A stretch of 35,965 nt of DNA from Candidatus Heimdallarchaeota archaeon (GTDB lineage Archaea; Asgardarchaeota; Heimdallarchaeia; Hodarchaeales; Hodarchaeaceae): positions 1 to 35,965 of the forward strand of contig DXJL01000164.1 in the NCBI GenBank assembly GCA_019057635.1. Direction: 5' to 3'. Under the pieces are notes generated by a model. That model saw only the letters and a program-made list of their open reading frames with translations. It was not told the DNA's origin and made no database searches. Shown one piece after another: positions 8,453 to 18,039 of this stretch (position 1 is the stretch's first letter; each line of letters opens with the position of its first letter). The translations under genes were made by a program, and so were the position numbers.

Positions 8453-9985
8453 ATGTCACTCCCTTTTTCTATTAATTCTGCTCAAGATTGGATAGGAAAT
8501 GTCCCATCTTTTCTTGATTCCCTCGAGGAATACTCGGATTTTGTAAGAAATGCTGGTGTAACAAGCTATCTTGCGAATACCCTTGTTCAATTCATGAATG
8601 AGGCGAAAGACGACAGTTTTTCCACGATTTATTCTATTCTCAAAGAATCCACTGATGTTGGCAAATTTGTGATGATTCAGATTTTGTTTCACGCCTCTGA
8701 AATCTGGCCTGATTTAGTACAGTTTGAGCGTATACAACCTGTTTTAACTGCACTTGCACTTTCACCTGACAAATTATATACAAAAGATGCAATACAATTA
8801 TCTCAAAAGCTAGAAGAAATAACATCTGGAGGTTTACTGGGAGAAATATCAGATGAAGACGTTTTTGAAAAAGAAGTGGATAAAGAATTAGCTCCTTCAT
8901 CCCCAAAATCCTTACTTGATGATTTCTATGGATCAGCAAAATTTGCAAAGAAAAAGGCGAAACAAAGTGTTCCCGCATCCTTTCCTTCCCCAAGCATGCC
9001 AGAACCTATTTCACAACCAACCCCAAAGCGAAGTGCTCCTCCAGTACCTATTTCCGAAAGAGCTGAACTATCACCTCCTCCACCACCCATGGCTTCTAGC
9101 GCAGGAGCTCCAGGGGCCGCAAGATCGACTTTACCTGAAAAAGAAGCCTTAGACGAAGTTGAAGACGAAATGGATGATGTTTTTGAAGAACCTTCAGAAG
9201 CAGAAGAAACTTTTAAAACAGAGTACCAAGCTACAGATGATTCAAAAAGTAAAAAAAAGGTTTCTGATGAGCCAATTGAACTCGGTTCCTCACAGGAAGT
9301 CCCAGCGTCAAAAAGTGTTTTTACACATGTTCATTATTATAATAGAATGAATTCACGAAAAACCTATCCTTTTACAGTATCCATATCCAGTGTTTCCAAA
9401 AAAGTGAAAGCTCGTCGAATGCACATTCTTTCAGGCGAGCGAGAAACAGAGAAACAGGCAGAATTTGAACTTGATCATCTTACGAGACATATTATGGTGG
9501 AACTCCTTATTTCTGGATGTTTAGTACAACCGAACTTTCAATATGTAGATCCAGATAATTTACCAGTCGAATTAACATTTTATATTACCCCTCTTGTTGA
9601 AGCGGGTTATTCAGCTTCAAAAATTCAAGGTCAATTGTTACTGAAGAATGATGTTGGTATAGTACTCCAAAATTTACCACTTTCCGATATCTATGTTGTG
9701 AGTAATCGAATCTCCAAGATTGCAGCAGTAATAGGCGCAGTTGGTGGGGGAACACTCCCCGCACTCGATTTCCTGTTTGGTGTAAATTTACAAGAGGCTT
9801 TATCAGGTCAATTAGAATATTCCGCCCCAGAAATCGCTAGCTCTGTCAATGTTCGATCTTTAATTACCACAAGTCAAATTGCAATTTTTATTATATTTAT
9901 TAGTATAGGATTGCTTTGGTGGTGGCGTAAAGGTCGTTCAAAAAGAGCTCCAGGAGAAAAACTTGCAATCAATCTTCCTCAATAA
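8453..9985 (+). CDS. Hypothetical membrane-anchored protein: helical N-domain, Pro-rich/acidic linker, beta-rich domain, C-terminal TM helices
   Basis: 510 aa with PSPSMPEP...PPPPPM, an acidic tract, a beta-strand-like region, and a TM segment IAIFIIFISIGLLWWW followed by RKGRSKR. Confidence 0.75.
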   Translation: MSLPFSINSAQDWIGNVPSFLDSLEEYSDFVRNAGVTSYLANTLVQFMNEAKDDSFSTIYSILKESTDVGKFVMIQILFHASEIWPDLVQFERIQPVLTALALSPDKLYTKDAIQLSQKLEEITSGGLLGEISDEDVFEKEVDKELAPSSPKSLLDDFYGSAKFAKKKAKQSVPASFPSPSMPEPISQPTPKRSAPPVPISERAELSPPPPPMASSAGAPGAARSTLPEKEALDEVEDEMDDVFEEPSEAEETFKTEYQATDDSKSKKKVSDEPIELGSSQEVPASKSVFTHVHYYNRMNSRKTYPFTVSISSVSKKVKARRMHILSGERETEKQAEFELDHLTRHIMVELLISGCLVQPNFQYVDPDNLPVELTFYITPLVEAGYSASKIQGQLLLKNDVGIVLQNLPLSDIYVVSNRISKIAAVIGAVGGGTLPALDFLFGVNLQEALSGQLEYSAPEIASSVNVRSLITTSQIAIFIIFISIGLLWWWRKGRSKRAPGEKLAINLPQ

Positions 9986-10031
9986 AATATACAAACAAAA
10001 AGGGACTCATTGGTCGAATAGATGAATTAAA

Positions 10032-10871
10032 ATGACCTTTCATATAGGAATTACTATCCAAGCGATAGGTGATTTAACTCCATCCAATGTCGTTGATCTA
10101 GGAATGGCGATAGGTCTTCGACATATTGAGTTTGATCCCTCTGTTTTTCTAGATATTTCGGATGTGATGAAAAGTTTAAAAACGAAACAAACCACAATTC
10201 ATGCTCCTTATATGGAAGATTACCATATGGACCTATCGTCGAATACTCCTGAAATAGACAAGTTAATTGAAGATATCAATCGATGGAAGACACGAATGAA
10301 TATCATAGGTGTTGTTGTGCATCCCCCCCTCGATGCAGGAGGAAATACGGAAAAATTTTATGATCGTCTGGAGAAATTACCACTTCCTTTGATTGAAAAT
10401 ATGCCATACCAATCATGGGAGGATTTTCTTGATTTCTATAATACAACACAAGCTAATGTCAATAATCACTTGGGAATGTGTTTCGACATCCCCCACTCTT
10501 TTATAACAAACGGAGATAAATTTCTTGAAGTTCCTGACGAAGTATTAGATCATTTAACATCTTCGAAGGGATATATCCATATATCGGGGGGAACAGCTGA
10601 TGAAGATATCCACTATCCTCTGTTAACTGATGGAAACATACCCTTCCAAGAAGTAAAGGACTTTTTGCTGAGGATTTCATTCTGTGGAACCGTTACAATG
10701 GAACTTTATCCAAGATCATTCCAAGATATTGACAAAATTCTTCGGTCTTATATCTTGATGCTTGATGTGGCTAATAAGAAAAAGCATAAACTTTCAGTAC
10801 AAATTAAACGCCCCTTTATTATGCGAAAAATCAACAAATTAGCTACTTCAAAAAAAATCTCGATGGAGTAA
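10032..10871 (+). CDS. Sugar phosphate isomerase/epimerase / AP-endonuclease-2 family TIM barrel
   Basis: TIHAPY, VVVHP, IENMP, CFDIPH, YIHISG, DIHYPL and TMEL metal-binding motifs. Confidence 0.85.
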   Translation: MTFHIGITIQAIGDLTPSNVVDLGMAIGLRHIEFDPSVFLDISDVMKSLKTKQTTIHAPYMEDYHMDLSSNTPEIDKLIEDINRWKTRMNIIGVVVHPPLDAGGNTEKFYDRLEKLPLPLIENMPYQSWEDFLDFYNTTQANVNNHLGMCFDIPHSFITNGDKFLEVPDEVLDHLTSSKGYIHISGGTADEDIHYPLLTDGNIPFQEVKDFLLRISFCGTVTMELYPRSFQDIDKILRSYILMLDVANKKKHKLSVQIKRPFIMRKINKLATSKKISME

Positions 10872-10888
10872 TAGAGATCAGGCAATAA

Positions 10889-11392
10889 TTAATTACTGAG
10901 CTTCTCAAAAAAATTGATCTCTATGAGATTCTTGATTTTTCCCCACCTAGGAAGCATATACCCAATGTAAATAGGCAAGAAGAATAGTAGATAAAGGAAA
11001 AGGAATTCACTCCCTATTTGGGGGAAAATATACTGAGTAAGAATGAATAAGAGAATTATGGATCCAAAATAGTAAAATTGAATAATAGTTCGCATTAGTC
11101 CCTGTAAAAACCAGTGGATTGGTAAGTGTTTATTATGAAGAATGAAATAATAATAAGCTCCTATTGAATAGAAGAAAATAGTAACTCCAACTAGTGAACT
11201 ACCAGCCAGACTTAGTAATATGATGTTTTCCTTTGAGAAAATCATCCCTGAGGAAAAGAAAAGAAACCAAAATGCGATTCCAGCAGTCATAAGCCCATAG
11301 CTAAAACCAACAAAGCCTAGTGCCATCTGGATCTTGACAGGTTCTTTAGCACTTATCTTTTCGATTACATCTTGAATTTCCTGTTTATCCAT
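10889..11392 (-). CDS. Hypothetical 4-TM membrane protein
   Basis: 167-aa ORF with about four hydrophobic segments. Confidence 0.7.
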   Translation of the reverse strand: MDKQEIQDVIEKISAKEPVKIQMALGFVGFSYGLMTAGIAFWFLFFSSGMIFSKENIILLSLAGSSLVGVTIFFYSIGAYYYFILHNKHLPIHWFLQGLMRTIIQFYYFGSIILLFILTQYIFPQIGSEFLFLYLLFFLPIYIGYMLPRWGKIKNLIEINFFEKLSN

Positions 11393-11465
11393 TTAAGACC
11401 ACTTTTTTTCTGACTGAATTCAAGTATTTTCTGATGTTGACAATTCTTTGGAGAATCCTTTTACA

Positions 11466-11670
11466 ATGTCTACGCAAGTCCCTTGGTGGAAGAAAGCAAT
11501 TTTTTTATCAAATTTATCCACGTTCATATTCTGATAATACCAATAACGGGATAGGAGATTTGTGTGAGATTATCAATAAAATTGCGTATAGATATTTACC
11601 AAATCTCGGTATTGACGTATTTTGGTTGTCACCTATCTACCCTTCTCCTCAGGAAGATTTCGGTTATGCC
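11466..11670 (+). pseudogene. Frameshifted 5' remnant of a GH13 alpha-glucosidase/alpha-amylase
   Basis: ATG 11466 gives MSTQVPWWKKAIF. One extra T in the T7 run at 11500-11506 shifts into YQIYPRSYSDNTNNGIGDL..LGIDVFWLSPIYPSPQEDFGY. Similarity ends right after DFGY. Confidence 0.85.
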
Positions 11671-11812
11671 ATAAAAGACCAATGGGGGTCACAAATCCCC
11701 TTCCAAGATGAATATTGTTATTCTCAACAGATACTATATTGCAATCTACGATTGTGGGAAAAACTCTATCATTGGAACATTATGAAGGAGTCATTTTACA
11801 GAAGTAGGAAAT

Positions 11813-12928
11813 CTAATCTTCAGATTCGATATCTTCATCTATTGAAAAATATCCCCCATATTTAGCATGAATCGAACAAGTTCCTTCATTTCCAACCATA
11901 CATGGACCTACAGGATTTTCTGGAGTACATTTTTTATTAAAAAGACCACAATCACGTGGATAGATCTTACCTAAGATGACATCAGCACATCGACATCCTT
12001 TTGGAATATCACTACCGCCTGATACTGGAATCTCCTCTTTTAATCGAATATTATACTCAGCATATGTCTCAGCTAGTTCCAATCCTGATTTCGGTACCAT
12101 CCCAATCCCTCGCCATTGGGAATCAACAACTGAATATGCAGTGTTAATAGCTTCCAGAGCCTTTAAATTTCCCTTATGGGACACTACTCTAGTATAGAGA
12201 TTCTCTGTCCGAGGTTGATTGTGAATTAATTGTTGTAATACCTCAAGAACACCAAACATGACATCAGCAGGTTCAAAACCCACAACTACAATAGGAATTT
12301 GATGTTCCTGTGAAATAGGTTCGTATAATCCGTAACCAGTTATTGCGGACACATGTCCTGGAGCAATAAAACCATCAACTTGAATGTCGGGTTGTTCTAA
12401 AAGTAGCTTCATAGCAGGGGGGACTAGCCTGTGAGAAGAAAGAATGGAGACATTTGATGGAATTCGATTATTGATAAGTTCAATCGCCACCATTGGCGCA
12501 GTAGTTTCAAATCCAATGGAAAAAAAGACATACTGCGTGGAAGGGTTCTTCTTAGCTAATCGAATTACGTCCAGAAAGCTATAGACGATTTGTATTGCCG
12601 CTCCCTCTGCTCTTGCGGTTAATAAGGATCCCTGATTACTAGGTACCCGAGACATATCTCCAAAGGTTGCTAATGTATATCCGTTCTTAGCAAGCCATAT
12701 AGCTTGTTCTATGTCACTATTGGGGCAAACACAAACAGGACAGCCAGGGCCAGCAATTACTTCAACATTGGATGGTAGTAATGATCGAATACCCCAGTGA
12801 GATATTGTATATTCATGTGTTCCACACACATGACAAATTTTAACCTTTTTACCCCCGATTTGTGATGCTAAATCAGTAATTTTCTTACCTAATTTCTTAA
12901 CAATACCTGGGTCTTGATAAGACTTCAT
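11813..12928 (-). CDS. hypD: [NiFe]-hydrogenase maturation protein HypD
   Basis: HVCGTH, GPGCPVCVCP, GFETTAP, PGHVS and the C-terminal CRC...C...C..P.NPVGPCMV..EGTC cluster. Confidence 0.97.
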   Translation of the reverse strand: MKSYQDPGIVKKLGKKITDLASQIGGKKVKICHVCGTHEYTISHWGIRSLLPSNVEVIAGPGCPVCVCPNSDIEQAIWLAKNGYTLATFGDMSRVPSNQGSLLTARAEGAAIQIVYSFLDVIRLAKKNPSTQYVFFSIGFETTAPMVAIELINNRIPSNVSILSSHRLVPPAMKLLLEQPDIQVDGFIAPGHVSAITGYGLYEPISQEHQIPIVVVGFEPADVMFGVLEVLQQLIHNQPRTENLYTRVVSHKGNLKALEAINTAYSVVDSQWRGIGMVPKSGLELAETYAEYNIRLKEEIPVSGGSDIPKGCRCADVILGKIYPRDCGLFNKKCTPENPVGPCMVGNEGTCSIHAKYGGYFSIDEDIESED

Positions 12929-12998
12929 AAAAAGCAGAGCTCTCCTAAAGATTCTAAGCGTTTAAGTACTTAAAGTAGTTTCAGCTGATTGGGATAAA

Positions 12999-13463
12999 AT
13001 GGACTCAATTACAATTAGAAAAGCCACAATTTCAGACGTACCAGCATTAGTTATGCTAAGGCGCTTAATGTTTGAATCTATGGGCTATAATGATACTGAA
13101 TTACTACAATCAGGAGATTTGGCTTCAGAAAAGTATTTTAACCGGTCTATTCCGACAAATGATTTTCAAGGATGGGTAGCAGTAAATTCCGACGGAGTAA
13201 TTGTAAGCAATATCGGAGTTGTTTTTGACCAGCATCCACCAGAGCCAAACAATCTGTCGGGAAAAATTGCCTATTTGATGAATTTAAGTACACTAGCTAG
13301 TTATCGTAGACAAGGAATCGCCCGAAAATTGCTGGAGGAAGCTCTCACCTGGATAAAACAGATGGGTATAACTAGGGTAGCTTTGCATGCGACTGAAATG
13401 GGAAAAGACATTTACACAGGAATAGGATTTACAGAGACAAGCGAAATGCGTCTCAAAATGTAA
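12999..13463 (+). CDS. GNAT family N-acetyltransferase
   Basis: IRKAT..D, YRRQGIARKLL acetyl-CoA motif, LHATEMGKDIYTGIGF. Confidence 0.92.
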   Translation: MDSITIRKATISDVPALVMLRRLMFESMGYNDTELLQSGDLASEKYFNRSIPTNDFQGWVAVNSDGVIVSNIGVVFDQHPPEPNNLSGKIAYLMNLSTLASYRRQGIARKLLEEALTWIKQMGITRVALHATEMGKDIYTGIGFTETSEMRLKM

Positions 13464-13479
13464 TAGTTTCTTGAAGTAG

Positions 13480-14856
13480 TCATTTGTTTTCTTTCGAGAT
13501 TTTCTCCACGTATTCAGTTAAACTCTTCAAATCATCTTTTGAAAAAGCGGTGACTTCCATCTCATTTTTCTTGAAAGGTTTTTCTTCACCGAGTAAGATG
13601 ATTTCGGAATAGTTTTCTTTGGAAAGATCTTCCTTCAATCCATCTACAAATGAATTTTGAAATATTGGTTCTAAATCAATTTGAGGGGGAATTAGTATCA
13701 AAAAACGTTCTTCCTTTCCAGAAACTGAGATTTGAAGTCCATTATTTCGCTGAAGAACTCCAATTGTCGATCCTTTGGGTTTTCCAAGTGCAGTTTTAAT
13801 TTTTTTACCATAGTCGCTTAGGAATTTCTGATTTTTTCCTAATTCTTTTAATATTGGGGCTTTCTTCTCTTCAGTTACGCCTGCTAACCACTTTATTGCC
13901 TCACGTGGGTTCCCATGAGAATAGGCATATGCAGATTCGATGTCTGATTTACCTAAAGGCCAGGTAGAATTTTCTTCTGATAAAGAAAGATCAAATTTTT
14001 GATGAAAATCCTTTAACATGTGAATACAGTATTCTTGAATATCTTTCTTGGTAAATCGTTTCAAAAGAATGGGTGGTTCTATCCGACTCTGGACTGCGGT
14101 ACTAGATAAATCAAGAATTTTATCCCATAAGGTTGCAAGGCAGGCAAGGCAGAGTAGAAAATTACTGGCTTCATTATGCATTTTTTTGATGCTTTCTAAG
14201 AACTGAAGCTCGGCATCTGGTCCAAGTGCAATAAAAAGAGATTCTAACTCATCTACAAAGAAAATAACTGGTTTATCTACGCTTTTTAGGATGACCTGAA
14301 GGGCTACAAAAGCAAGTTCTTCATCATCCATTATGGTTCTATGAAAGGATTTAGTCTCTTCATCCAGATCAAAGCCAGTAAACCACTTAAGAGCTACTTT
14401 AGATTGTTTAGGATCTTTAAGAGCAAAAAAACCTTCAATGACCACATTACCTAGCCCAGGAAACTCAAAAGCAGCATTTTCAACTTTTTTATATTTCTGA
14501 ACAAGGAAATCAGCGACAAACTCCAAGAGAGCTGCGCCTCCTGCTTTCACAGTCTCGAAGTAGAAGTGAGAGAAAATTCTATCTGGATTAGTGGGTACAG
14601 GGACATAAACAACATAAGCATTCGTGACCTGTTCACGAACAACCCAATAAAAATGGGTTTTTCCGTAACCAGCTTCAGCTATGACTGGAACAATCATTGA
14701 CTCCCTCTTTTGTTTGCGTATGGTTTCTAAAGCGTGCGATATTCGATTTATGGCATCTTTATTTGGTCTAACCAGGTTGAATATCTCTGGTACGTCTGCA
14801 CGTGCGGTGAAATTATAAAAAGGATTTTCTATAATTAGATTTGTAACTTGAGTCAT
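13480..14856 (-). CDS. P-loop (AAA+-like) ATPase of unknown function
   Basis: Walker A AEAGYGKT, Walker B IFFVDELE, Arg-finger-like AVQSRI, sensor-2-like GNPREAI, plus a ~120-aa C-terminal alpha/beta extension. Confidence 0.85.
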   Translation of the reverse strand: MTQVTNLIIENPFYNFTARADVPEIFNLVRPNKDAINRISHALETIRKQKRESMIVPVIAEAGYGKTHFYWVVREQVTNAYVVYVPVPTNPDRIFSHFYFETVKAGGAALLEFVADFLVQKYKKVENAAFEFPGLGNVVIEGFFALKDPKQSKVALKWFTGFDLDEETKSFHRTIMDDEELAFVALQVILKSVDKPVIFFVDELESLFIALGPDAELQFLESIKKMHNEASNFLLCLACLATLWDKILDLSSTAVQSRIEPPILLKRFTKKDIQEYCIHMLKDFHQKFDLSLSEENSTWPLGKSDIESAYAYSHGNPREAIKWLAGVTEEKKAPILKELGKNQKFLSDYGKKIKTALGKPKGSTIGVLQRNNGLQISVSGKEERFLILIPPQIDLEPIFQNSFVDGLKEDLSKENYSEIILLGEEKPFKKNEMEVTAFSKDDLKSLTEYVEKISKENK

Positions 14857-14862
14857 TGTAAT

Positions 14863-15330
14863 CTAGGCCTCGAATGTCAAATAGTAAAAAACGCCAGTAC
14901 CTGTGTCAGAAGTAATTCCTCCATACCCCGCGTGAGCTTTAGACATTGCAGTTTGTAAGGTCAACATTCCTTGATCATGAAATGAGAGAACTTTCTTATC
15001 GAAATAGGGATCGGAAATCTGATTCGAACTTAATTTCTCTCGTATCTCAGGAATGCGAACTAAGGGTTTCATTGGAGTCGCTAAGGAGTTATACGCCTCC
15101 TCTAATAAAGATAAAAATTGATTATCGGCAATGTCCGTTTGCATAGGTCTTTGCCCATTTAGATAATTCTTACCATTACTAGTCAAAAGATAAACACTTT
15201 TAGTTCCTTTTTTTAACTGAATAAGCCCTTTCTCGCAGAGATTAGACAAAAATGCTCTTTCTGTCTCTGTTCTAGCGTAATAACCAGCATCTCCGAGAAA
15301 ATGAATGATTTCAAGGTATGATGTATGCAT
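14863..15330 (-). CDS. Tandem winged-helix DNA-binding protein
   Basis: LSNLCEKGLIQ...YLLTSNGKNYL (wHTH) and LVRIPEIREKL...FDKKVLSFHDQGMLTLQ (second wHTH). Lies 6 nt upstream of the ATPase. Confidence 0.75.
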   Translation of the reverse strand: MHTSYLEIIHFLGDAGYYARTETERAFLSNLCEKGLIQLKKGTKSVYLLTSNGKNYLNGQRPMQTDIADNQFLSLLEEAYNSLATPMKPLVRIPEIREKLSSNQISDPYFDKKVLSFHDQGMLTLQTAMSKAHAGYGGITSDTGTGVFYYLTFEA

Positions 15331-15463
15331 AAGCTTAGCTCCCCCTCGAAGATTTTTAGGCCAAGGAATATGCGGGTACTATAATCTCATATTATCAAAG
15401 AGACAAGTTAATGTAAGTAAAACTTAGTGAGCTTGGTAAAGATCGAATTCAAGGGTTTTTCAA

Positions 15464-16585
15464 ATGGATATTGACGATTTACAGAAAATCTCCGGTTTAG
15501 ATACCGATGACATGTTTGGAATGGTTTTCACTTGGCCAAAATTGATTGAAAGGATAATTCATCAATCGATTGACATTCCCTCCAAAATTTCAGTTGGTAA
15601 TAAATTTCTCGAATACAATAATGAAATATCTAACATTTTGATATGGGGAATGGGTGGTTCAGCAGTAAGTGGCGACTACATAAGCACATATTTCGCAGAT
15701 TTCCTCAATCAGCCAATAATTGTTCAACGCAATTATATTTTGCCTAAATTTGCCTCCAAAAAGACACTGGTTATCGCGATCTCCTATTCTGGAAATACTG
15801 AGGAAACAATTTCTGGAATAATCTCTGCTATACAGAATGAATGTCCAACAGTATGTATAGGTAGTGGAGGAAAAATGGAAAACTTCTGTCTAGGCAATAA
15901 AGTTCCGTTTTTCAAGATTCCTGCAGGTTTTCAACCTCGTGCGTCTTTTCCCTTGTTATTATTTCCCATTTTAAAGATACTGGACACTTTAAATATTGCT
16001 AAATTAGACGATAAGGTAGTACAAGAAATTATTCAGAACTTGAAACAAATGCGGGAGCTAATAAGACCACAAACACCAACATCAGAAAATCAAGCGAAAC
16101 AGATAGCTAGAAAAATACATAAACGCATTCCAGTCATCTGGTCTCCATATTTATGTGTAGCCAATCGATTTAAGTGTCAAATCAATGAAAACGCGAAACA
16201 ATTAGCTCTTGCAGAAGAATTACCAGAGTTTAATCATAATCATATAGTTGGGTTCCAAAGTCTAGCAAAAGATAATCCTTTCATAGTGATCTGTTTTCGA
16301 TTTCCCTCTGAACATGCAAATGTCTCTCTTCGTTTCGAGATTTCCAAGGAGATAGTCAAACCAAAGGTGGAATTACTTGAACTCCAAATCCAATCAGGGG
16401 ATTTACTTGTTCAGTTGGTTACAGCTACTTATCTGGGTGATTATATCTCTATTTACCTTGCTTTACTGAACGATCAAAACCCGAATACTGTGGATAGTAT
16501 CAATTTCCTTAAAGAACAAATGGAAGTTCGTGGACAGACACAGTCCTCATTGATGAGAAAACTAGACAAGTTATCACGCAGTTGA
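15464..16585 (+). CDS. Bifunctional phosphoglucose/phosphomannose isomerase (SIS domain)
   Basis: GMGGSAVSGD, SYSGNTEET, GFQPRAS, RFKCQINENAK and PEFNHN. Confidence 0.95.
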   Translation: MDIDDLQKISGLDTDDMFGMVFTWPKLIERIIHQSIDIPSKISVGNKFLEYNNEISNILIWGMGGSAVSGDYISTYFADFLNQPIIVQRNYILPKFASKKTLVIAISYSGNTEETISGIISAIQNECPTVCIGSGGKMENFCLGNKVPFFKIPAGFQPRASFPLLLFPILKILDTLNIAKLDDKVVQEIIQNLKQMRELIRPQTPTSENQAKQIARKIHKRIPVIWSPYLCVANRFKCQINENAKQLALAEELPEFNHNHIVGFQSLAKDNPFIVICFRFPSEHANVSLRFEISKEIVKPKVELLELQIQSGDLLVQLVTATYLGDYISIYLALLNDQNPNTVDSINFLKEQMEVRGQTQSSLMRKLDKLSRS

Positions 16586-16657
16586 TTTGTGTAGCAAAAA
16601 AAACTATAATTTATGTGTAAAAAACTTTATTATCAATTTAAAGGATAGATTTCAGTT

Positions 16658-18016
16658 ATGACCACTAATTATGACGTTGTAATCGTAGGTGCTGGTACCG
16701 CAGGCAGTATGGCAGCGGCCGCACTTGCTAACAAAGGCCTTAAGGTCGCATTGCTAGATCGCCAGCCCAAAGCCAGAATTGGTGTTAAAATATGTGGGGA
16801 TGCTACTAGTGGTGAGCATTTTAAACGTATTCAGTCTATTACCAAAGTTGACCCTCCAAAAGATGATGAGGTAGTTCAGAAAGTCGCCGGGGCATGGTTA
16901 TATTCTCCAGATAGAGAAATTAAACTCGAACTCGTGGAAGAAGGAGGAACAGGAATTATTATTGACCGGTTTAAACTTGGTATGAGAGTGTTGGAAGATG
17001 CTATTGACTTTGGAGCCGAATTATATGATGAATCGATGGTTAAGGAACCCATAATTACCAATGATTATGTGACGGGTATTAAATATCGGGGGAAAGATAA
17101 AAACATTCGTGAGATGACAGGAAAAGTTGTGATTGACGCTTCAGGAATCATTGGAGTACTCAGAACCAAATTAAATCCCGAAAAGACGTTCATGGATTTA
17201 GAACTCGCTGCTAAAGATGTTTGTAATTGTTATCGAGAAATCAGAGATGTTAAACCTGAGATTGAATCTCCTGAATTCATTCGATTAATCTTTGATCAAG
17301 ATGTCGCGAAAGGTGGATACATCTGGGAATTTCCAAGAGGTCCACATTCAATGAATGCAGGTTTAGGAGTCATGCGTACCTACCAAATTAATCCTCACAA
17401 ACAATTCGATTTATTCATTCAACAATCAAAAGCTCTTTATGAGAATTCTAAACTTATTCATGGAGGAGCTTGGCGGGTACCCTTACGACGACCTCAAGAT
17501 AACCTTGTTTGGAATGGGATTATGCTCATTGGCGACTCTGGTACTCAAGTCAAGCCAACTGATGGAGGAGGAATAGGAATATCAGTAAATGCTGCAGCTA
17601 TGGCAAGTACTACAATCGTTTCTGCATTAGAAAATGATGACGTGTCCATGGAAGGTTTATGGGATTATAATGTGCAATTCATGAGAAGTCTTGCAGCTAT
17701 TAATGCTCCGCTTGCGATAATGAAAGATTTTATCATTCCAATGCCCAGCTCAATCATTAACGAGATTTTTCATAAGGAAATACTTGGCGCAGATGATTTA
17801 TTATATGGTAATGCCTCAGGGAATATTTCAAGTGGATTTATGGTAAATTTACTACGTGGTTGGCGTGGAAAGCGAATACTGGGAACATTATTGAAATTTA
17901 GAGGTATTTTAAAACGAATGGATAAGGCAAGGACTCTTTACGAAAGCTTTCCTGCAGATCCAGCAAACTACCATCCCTGGCGTGACGAAATTTTGAAAAT
18001 TTTTGGAGAAATCTAA
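16658..18016 (+). CDS. Geranylgeranyl reductase family (digeranylgeranylglycerophospholipid reductase-like)
   Basis: DVVIVGAGTAG, KICGD, VIDASG, GGYIWEFP and IGDSG.QVKPTDGGGI. Confidence 0.92.
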   Translation: MTTNYDVVIVGAGTAGSMAAAALANKGLKVALLDRQPKARIGVKICGDATSGEHFKRIQSITKVDPPKDDEVVQKVAGAWLYSPDREIKLELVEEGGTGIIIDRFKLGMRVLEDAIDFGAELYDESMVKEPIITNDYVTGIKYRGKDKNIREMTGKVVIDASGIIGVLRTKLNPEKTFMDLELAAKDVCNCYREIRDVKPEIESPEFIRLIFDQDVAKGGYIWEFPRGPHSMNAGLGVMRTYQINPHKQFDLFIQQSKALYENSKLIHGGAWRVPLRRPQDNLVWNGIMLIGDSGTQVKPTDGGGIGISVNAAAMASTTIVSALENDDVSMEGLWDYNVQFMRSLAAINAPLAIMKDFIIPMPSSIINEIFHKEILGADDLLYGNASGNISSGFMVNLLRGWRGKRILGTLLKFRGILKRMDKARTLYESFPADPANYHPWRDEILKIFGEI

Positions 18017-18039
18017 TCCATAATCCATTTCTTCTTTTT

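Noticed and set aside
11434-11865. 143-aa ORF as an intact alpha-amylase
   Set aside because: Only about 55 codons match GH13, the real N-terminus is in another frame, the catalytic regions are absent, and the tail overlaps hypD.
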